DNA from: Candidatus Methylomirabilia bacterium | GTDB taxonomy: Bacteria; Methylomirabilota; Methylomirabilia; Rokubacteriales; CSP1-6 | NCBI GenBank assembly: GCA_041497895.1 | Contig: JBGQHJ010000156.1 | Coordinates: forward strand, 1-11,381 | Reading direction: 5' to 3' | Length of the DNA stretch: 11,381 nucleotides | Shown here: positions 6,451 to 11,381 of the stretch, piece by piece | Layout of the letters: each line of letters starts with the position of its first letter | Position numbering within the stretch: position 1 is the first letter of the stretch | Position numbers and translations under genes: made by a program | The notes under the pieces: model-generated | What the model saw: the letters and a program-made list of their open reading frames with translations, nothing else | Told to the model about the DNA's origin: nothing | The model's database searches: none

Positions 6451-7702
6451 GTGGGGCCGCCTCGGTCTCGGCGGCGGCCGCGGCGGCCTGGATGGCGTCG
6501 ATGGGCACGAGCGGCACCAGCAGCCAGGCCGCCGCGGTGAAGACGGTCGAGATCAGCACCAGCCGCGTGTAGCCCACGTGATCGTAGAGATTGGCCCCCG
6601 TCCACTCCGAGCTGCGCATGCCGAGGTTGTTGATCGACATCAGCAGCGCGAAGAAGGTGGCCTCGGCCCGCGCCGGGCAGGCCTTCGCGGCCAGGTCCAG
6701 GAAGGCGAGCTGGGTGGTCATCCCGACCGCGCCGAAGACCACCGTGATGACGATCGCGGAAACCGGGCCGTCGTAGACGAGGTAGGCGAGCGTGCCCACC
6801 GTCCCCGCGCCGATGGACCACACGATGAGACGCTTCAGCGAGAAGATCCTTGCCAGCCGCGCGTAGGCCCACGCTCCCGCGATGCTCGCGGCGGCGCCGA
6901 GCGAGCCCAGCGCGCCGATGAAGGTCTGCGAGAAGTGGAGCGTGTCGGTCTGGTAGTAGAAGAAGGCGGGACCGAAAGACGGGCTGAAGGCCCAGAAGAA
7001 GATGAAGCTGGCCACCAGCCACAGGTCGCGGCGGCGCATCGCGCGCCGGAGCGCGGTCCAGGTCTCGCCGAGACCCTCGAGGTTCGGCTGGGCGGGGGGC
7101 TCGTGCACCACCAGCCAGGCCATCAGCAGGGAGATCAGCGGGAAGCACGCCACCAGCGCGAAGGCGCCCGCGAAGGCGCGGTGCTCGGCGAGGTAGCCGC
7201 CGGCCACCCCGACCAGGATCGACGCGGCGCTCAGCGCGGCCCACTGCACCGACTGGAACGTCCCGGTCAGCCCGAGCGGCTTGCCGTTCTCGACCATGAG
7301 GGCGTCGGTGAGCACGTCGGTGAAGCCGACGCCGAGCCAGAGCAGGGTGATCACGGTGGCGAGCGCCCAGTAGGGCGCGCCCGCCATGAGGCTCACCGCG
7401 ACCGCGGAGACCGCCGCGAGCGCGGCCATGATCAGGAAGTAGCTGCGCCGCCGCGTGCCCGCGAGCGGCACGAAGTCGGAGAGCAATCCGTAGAGGGGCT
7501 TGATGAACCAGGGCGTGGTGATGATCCAGGTGAAGGTGGCGAGCTGCCCGGCGGTGAGCCCGCGCTCCTTGAACACGATGGCCACGACCTGATCCGGCAG
7601 GTACACCATGCCCTGCGCGAAGTAGACGATCGCGAAGAGCAGCCCGAGACGCCGGGCCTCGCGGGTCGAGAAGGGCCGGGGCCGCGGCTCGCGGTCGCGC
7701 AT
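6443..7702 (-). CDS. MFS transporter, BT1 / folate-biopterin transporter (FBT) family (419 aa)
   Basis: About 12 hydrophobic segments. FBT hallmarks are present: YFAQG, PWFIKPLYGLLSDFVPLAGTRRRSY, DVLTDALMVE, QSVQW, P.....FFYY, LAAKACP...EATFFALLMSINNLG. Confidence 0.85.
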   Translation of the reverse strand: MRDREPRPRPFSTREARRLGLLFAIVYFAQGMVYLPDQVVAIVFKERGLTAGQLATFTWIITTPWFIKPLYGLLSDFVPLAGTRRRSYFLIMAALAAVSAVAVSLMAGAPYWALATVITLLWLGVGFTDVLTDALMVENGKPLGLTGTFQSVQWAALSAASILVGVAGGYLAEHRAFAGAFALVACFPLISLLMAWLVVHEPPAQPNLEGLGETWTALRRAMRRRDLWLVASFIFFWAFSPSFGPAFFYYQTDTLHFSQTFIGALGSLGAAASIAGAWAYARLARIFSLKRLIVWSIGAGTVGTLAYLVYDGPVSAIVITVVFGAVGMTTQLAFLDLAAKACPARAEATFFALLMSINNLGMRSSEWTGANLYDHVGYTRLVLISTVFTAAAWLLVPLVPIDAIQAAAAAAETEAAPRA

Positions 7703-7707
7703 GGCCG

Positions 7708-7713
7708 ATCATA
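7708..7713 (-). promoter_or_regulatory. Putative -10 box (TATGAT) for a leaderless BT1 transporter transcript
   Basis: The reverse complement of atcata is TATGAT, 5 nt upstream of the ATG at 7702. No SD sequence is present. Confidence 0.5.
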
Positions 7714-7726
7714 GCGTGTCTCCGCG

Positions 7727-7740
7727 CGTGCCCGGGCACG
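7727..7740. promoter_or_regulatory. 14-bp perfect palindrome, candidate operator in the divergent promoter region
   Basis: CGTGCCCGGGCACG sits near the middle of the 66-bp intergenic region and covers the predicted -35 positions of both divergent promoters. Confidence 0.4.
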
Positions 7741-7751
7741 ATCCGGCGGTG

Positions 7752-7760
7752 TGCTAATCT
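7752..7760 (+). promoter_or_regulatory. Putative extended -10 (TGcTAATCT) for a leaderless or near-leaderless molybdoenzyme transcript
   Basis: TG-n-TAATCT ends 8 nt before ATG 7769. Confidence 0.5.
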
Positions 7761-7768
7761 AGGCACTC

Positions 7769-9826
7769 ATGCGAGCGACTCTCCCGTCCGTCTGTCCGCA
7801 CGACTGCCCGTCGCAGTGCGCGCTCCAGGTGACGGTCGAGGACTCCCGCATCACCGACGTGGTCGGCGACCCCGCGCACCCGTTCACCCAGGGCGTGATC
7901 TGCGGCAAGGTGCACGACTACGCGGAGCGGGTCTACGGGCCTACCAGGGTGGCCACGCCCCTTCGGAGAATCGGGCTCAAGGGCGAGGGGCGGTTCGAGC
8001 CGATCGGCTGGGACGAGGCCCTCGACGAGATCGCGCACCGCTGGCGGCGGATCATCGCCCAGTGGGGCGCGGAGGCGCTCCTGCCGTTCTCCTACGGGGG
8101 CACCCTCGGGCTCGTGCAGAACCGGGCCGGCCACCCGCTCTTCCACGCCCTCGGGGCCTCGCGCCTCGAGCGCACGATCTGCATCAGCACCGCCTACGCG
8201 GGCTGGCAGGCCACGCTCGGGGCGGTGATCGGCAGCGACGCCGAGCAGATGGTCGACTCCGACCTGATCGTGCTCTGGGGCATCAACGCCTCGCACACCC
8301 ACATCAACGCGATGACGCTGGTGAAGCGGGCGCGGCGCCGGGGCGCCTTCGTGATCTGCATCGATCCCTACCGCACCGCGACCGCCCGCCAGGCCGACTG
8401 GCACCTGATGCCGCGCCCGGGCACGGACGGGGCCCTGGCCCTGGGCGTGATGCACCTGCTGATCGGCGAGGGGCGCGTGGATCACGAGTACATCCAGCGG
8501 GCCACGGTGGGCTTCACCGCGCTCGCCCACCACGTCAAGCAGTACGACCCGGAGCGCGTCGCCCGGATCACCGGCCTCGCGGCCGAGGACGTGGTGGCCC
8601 TCGCGCGCCGCTACGGCGGCACCCGGGCCGCGTTCATCCGGGTCGGCATCGGACTCTCCCGGCACGACAACGGCGGTATGACCTGCCGGACCCTCGCGTG
8701 CCTGCCCGCCCTGACCGGCGCCTACGCGCATCCGGCTGGAGGCGCGCTGCTGTCGTCGGGCGGGGCCTTCGGGCTCCGCTCCGCGGCGCTCGAGCGGGCG
8801 GACCTGATGCCGGAGCCGGCGCCGCGCTCGATCAACATGATAAAGCTCGGGCGCGCGCTCACCGACCCGGACCTGCGGCCGCCGGTCAAGGCGCTCTACG
8901 TGTACAACGCCAACCCGGCCACCGTTGTGCCGAACCAGGAGCTGGTGCTCCAGGGTCTCCGCCGCGAGGACCTGTTCACGGTCGTGCACGAGCAGCACCT
9001 GACCGACACCACCGACTACGCCGATCTGGTGCTGCCCGCGACCACGTCGATGGAGCACACCGACTGCTATCGGTCCTACGGGCACCTCCATCTCCAGCTC
9101 GCCCGCCCGGTGATCCCGCCGGAAGGTCAGGCGCGCTCGAACTGGGCGGTGACGCGGGATCTCGCCCGCGTGATGGGGCTGCGCGATCCCCATTTCACCA
9201 AGAGCGAGGACGACCTGATCCGCGAGGCGCTCGACTCGGGCGACGCTTCGGTGGCCGGCATCACGCTCGAGCGGCTCGAGGCGGAGCGCTCGGTGCGGCT
9301 TCGGGTGGGCCGGCCCTATCTACCCTTCGCGGACGGGGCGCCCACCCCGTCGGGCAAGGTCGAGTTCCTGTCGGAGACGCTCGCCCGCGAGGGGCTGCCC
9401 GCGCTGCCGACCTTCGTGCCGCTGGTGGAGGGGCCGGAGCACGCGGCCCTGCTCGAGCGCTACCCGCTGCAGTGCATCGTGCCGCCCAACCGGTTCTTCC
9501 TCAACTCGTCGTTCAGCCAGTCCGAGCGGATGCGGCGCCGGCAGCGCGGCGCGGCGGTCCTGCTCAACCCGGCCGACGCGGCGGCCCGCGGCATCCAGGG
9601 CGGCGACCCGGTCCTGGTGCGCAGCGCGCGCGGGGAGGCGCGGTTCACCGCCGAGCTCACCGAGGACACGCGCGCGGGGGTGGCGGTGGTGGAGGGCATC
9701 TGGTGGAGCAAGCACCAGCCGGGCGGGCGCGGGGTCAACGCGCTCACCGACGACCGCACCACCGACATGGGCGGCGGCCCCGCGCTGCACTCGAACCTGG
9801 TACAGGTCGAGCCGCTCGCTCCCTGA
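7769..9826 (+). CDS. Molybdopterin (Mo/W-bisPGD) oxidoreductase, DMSO reductase superfamily; single-subunit cytoplasmic YoaE/MopB_3-like type (685 aa)
   Basis: N-terminal [4Fe-4S] motif CPHDCPSQC...ICGK, then PLRR.G.KG.G.F..I.WDEALD, TIC (candidate Cys metal ligand), IVLWGIN, IDPYRT.TA..ADW..PRPGTDGALALG, TDTTDYADLVLPATT..E, TPSGKVEF. The C-terminal dinucleotide-binding domain has NPADAAARGI..GD.V.V.S.RG and VNALT. No Tat leader. Confidence 0.92.
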   Translation: MRATLPSVCPHDCPSQCALQVTVEDSRITDVVGDPAHPFTQGVICGKVHDYAERVYGPTRVATPLRRIGLKGEGRFEPIGWDEALDEIAHRWRRIIAQWGAEALLPFSYGGTLGLVQNRAGHPLFHALGASRLERTICISTAYAGWQATLGAVIGSDAEQMVDSDLIVLWGINASHTHINAMTLVKRARRRGAFVICIDPYRTATARQADWHLMPRPGTDGALALGVMHLLIGEGRVDHEYIQRATVGFTALAHHVKQYDPERVARITGLAAEDVVALARRYGGTRAAFIRVGIGLSRHDNGGMTCRTLACLPALTGAYAHPAGGALLSSGGAFGLRSAALERADLMPEPAPRSINMIKLGRALTDPDLRPPVKALYVYNANPATVVPNQELVLQGLRREDLFTVVHEQHLTDTTDYADLVLPATTSMEHTDCYRSYGHLHLQLARPVIPPEGQARSNWAVTRDLARVMGLRDPHFTKSEDDLIREALDSGDASVAGITLERLEAERSVRLRVGRPYLPFADGAPTPSGKVEFLSETLAREGLPALPTFVPLVEGPEHAALLERYPLQCIVPPNRFFLNSSFSQSERMRRRQRGAAVLLNPADAAARGIQGGDPVLVRSARGEARFTAELTEDTRAGVAVVEGIWWSKHQPGGRGVNALTDDRTTDMGGGPALHSNLVQVEPLAP

Positions 9827-9828
9827 GC

Positions 9829-10584
9829 ATGAGCCCGGAGACCGCCTCCCTCACCGCCGAGATCGACGCGGCCCTCGAGCGCCTGGACGCGGCCCGGCTC
9901 GCGCAGGAGTACTGGGCGCAGGACGAGTTCCTCGTCATCAAGGGGTTCCTGCCCCCGGCCGCGGTGGGGGTGCTCCTCGACGACGTGCGTCGCCTCGAGC
10001 CCGGGCTCAACCGGAACTACATCCCGCGCCACAAGAAGGGCGGGAGCGTGAGCCACTTCGCGATCGCGGACGACGGGCCCATGCTGCTCGCCTTCTACCG
10101 CTCCGAGCGCTTCCGGCGCTTCCTGGGAGGCCTCGTCGGCGCCGAGCTGCAGCTCTGCCCCGACGAGGATCCACACGCCTGCGCGCTCTACTTCTACACC
10201 GAGGCGGGCGACCACATGGGCTACCATTACGACACCTCGTACTACAAGGGCGCGCGCTACACCGTGCTCTTCGGGCTCGTGCAGGACTCCTCGAGCCGCC
10301 TGGTCTGCCGGCTGCACACGCGCCGGCCCGGGCACCCGCCGGCCGAGATGGCGGTGGCCACCGAGCCCGGCTCGATGGTGATCCTCAACGGCGACAAGGT
10401 GTACCACGGAGTCAGCCCGTCGCGCGAGGGCGAGCGCCGCGTGGTGTTCACCATGGAGTACGTGACGAGCCGCGAGATGGGGCGCGCCCAGCGCCTCTTC
10501 TCCAACCTGAAGGACGCGTTCGCCTATTTCGGCATCAGGGCGCTCTGGCGGGGCCGCGGACGCGGCGCCCGCGCGACCGCCTGA
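9829..10584 (+). CDS. 2-oxoglutarate/Fe(II)-dependent oxygenase (251 aa)
   Basis: HxD motif in GYHYD (10225-10233), distal His in KVYHGVS (10405-10407), and a downstream Arg in ERRVVFTMEY for 2OG binding. The start is ATG 9829, 2 nt after the Mo-enzyme stop. The track's 7816 start is an out-of-frame extension. Confidence 0.85.
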   Translation: MSPETASLTAEIDAALERLDAARLAQEYWAQDEFLVIKGFLPPAAVGVLLDDVRRLEPGLNRNYIPRHKKGGSVSHFAIADDGPMLLAFYRSERFRRFLGGLVGAELQLCPDEDPHACALYFYTEAGDHMGYHYDTSYYKGARYTVLFGLVQDSSSRLVCRLHTRRPGHPPAEMAVATEPGSMVILNGDKVYHGVSPSREGERRVVFTMEYVTSREMGRAQRLFSNLKDAFAYFGIRALWRGRGRGARATA

Positions 10585-10618
10585 GGCCGGTCCCACCTCA
10601 ACCGAACGGAGCGACGCC

Positions 10619-11381
10619 ATGCCGGCCTATCCCGGAGCCTCCTCGAGCCAGCGGGTGCGGGTCGCGCCCGTGGAGGGCGCGGCCGCCCTCTTCACCCCCG
10701 AGTTCCAGACCTACCTGCTGCGGCTGCACGACGAGCTCGGCGCGCGGGTGCACGCGCTGCGCGCGCGGCGCGACGAGCGGCTGGTCCAGGCCCTCGAGCA
10801 CGGCCGGCTGCCCTCCGCGCCCGCGTCGAGCGCGGCGAGGGCCGGCGACTGGAAGGTGCCGCCGGTGCCGAAGGACCTGGCCACGCCCGGCATCGAGATC
10901 TCGGGGCCGTGCTCGATCACCAGCATGTTCATCAACGCGCTCAATCCGGGGCCGGAGGGCGAGCGGGCCGAGGGCGACCTCGACGACGACGAGGACTCGG
11001 CCGGCCACCGCCTCGTCGACACGGTCCGGGCCTGTCACAACCGCCTGGCCGCAGTGAACCACGAGCTGCAGTACGTGGATCCGGAGCGCAAGAAGGAGTA
11101 CCGCATCGCGCCCGGCGAGCTGCCGTTCTTCATGCACCGGGAGCGGGGCCTCCACCTCGATGAGCCCGAGGTCACGGTCGACGGCAAGCCGGTCTCCGCC
11201 GCCATCCTGGGGACCGCGCTCACCCTCTTCTACCCCGGGCGCGCCCAGGCCGGTCGCGGGCAGGGCATCTACTTCTATCTGCCCAAGGTGGATGGGGCCG
11301 AGGAGTGCGCCTGGTACCGCGACCTCTTCGACCGGAGCCGCGCGCATCTCCCGTTCCTCGAGGACGCGACGATCCGCGCCA
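10619..11381 (+). CDS. Malate synthase A-like protein, divergent, 3'-truncated by the window
   Basis: Manual translation: MPAYPGASS...FTPEFQTYLLRLHDELG...GDWKVPPVPKDLATPGIEISGP...MFINALN...DDEDS...KKEYRI...HRERGLHLDEPEVTVDGKPVS...IYFYLPKV...TIRA. This parallels the AceB motifs W.V.P.P.DL, EITGP, INALN, FEDS, R.RG.HL.E, YFYLPK, TIKA. GGAG SD at 10608-10611; the frame is open to the window end. Confidence 0.82.
   Translation, partial: MPAYPGASSSQRVRVAPVEGAAALFTPEFQTYLLRLHDELGARVHALRARRDERLVQALEHGRLPSAPASSAARAGDWKVPPVPKDLATPGIEISGPCSITSMFINALNPGPEGERAEGDLDDDEDSAGHRLVDTVRACHNRLAAVNHELQYVDPERKKEYRIAPGELPFFMHRERGLHLDEPEVTVDGKPVSAAILGTALTLFYPGRAQAGRGQGIYFYLPKVDGAEECAWYRDLFDRSRAHLPFLEDATIRA

Noticed and set aside
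7816..9828. Apparent 922-aa ORF overlapping the molybdoenzyme
   Set aside because: This is an off-frame, stop-free stretch caused by high GC. Only 9829-10584 has recognisable motifs.
9829..10584. BesD-like radical halogenase
   Set aside because: It retains the Asp of the HxD motif. Halogenases have Gly or Ala at that position.
10582..10600. TGAGG-N9-CCTCA hairpin after the oxygenase stop
   Set aside because: The stem is only 5 bp with no U-tract, too weak to call a terminator.
1521..11347. Long antisense or shadow ORFs (e.g. 1521-3080, 2312-3973, 4090-5622, 5943-7766, 6329-7714, 7754-9193, 9460-10620, 10598-11347)
   Set aside because: They overlap well-supported genes, have no recognisable motifs, and are expected from stop-codon scarcity and codon bias in GC-rich DNA.

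Overview
This is a very GC-rich (roughly 70% or more, judged by eye), gene-dense bacterial chromosomal segment with 12 supportable CDS. I saw no RNA genes, CRISPR arrays or mobile elements. Left block (+), tightly coupled: 3' end of an NAD(P)-dependent beta-hydroxyacid dehydrogenase (GarR/GlxR/MmsB family), tandem-GNAT acetyltransferase, copC, a long copD with an extra His-rich membrane domain, and an aldo/keto reductase. Middle block (+), behind a candidate sigma70 promoter: methylmalonyl-CoA epimerase with a duplicated degenerate VOC domain, an SDR, and a TfoX-N-like protein. Right block: a BT1/folate-biopterin-family MFS transporter (-) diverging from a single-subunit Mo/W-bisPGD oxidoreductase, a 2OG-Fe(II) oxygenase and a divergent malate synthase A-like gene. 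The malate synthase-like gene is truncated by the window edge and missing from the ORF track. The best leads are the divergent transporter/Mo-enzyme/oxygenase locus (back-to-back, apparently leaderless promoters sharing a 14-bp palindrome), the CopD fusion, the pseudo-dimeric epimerase and the atypical malate synthase homolog. All family calls come from motif recognition, not database searches.
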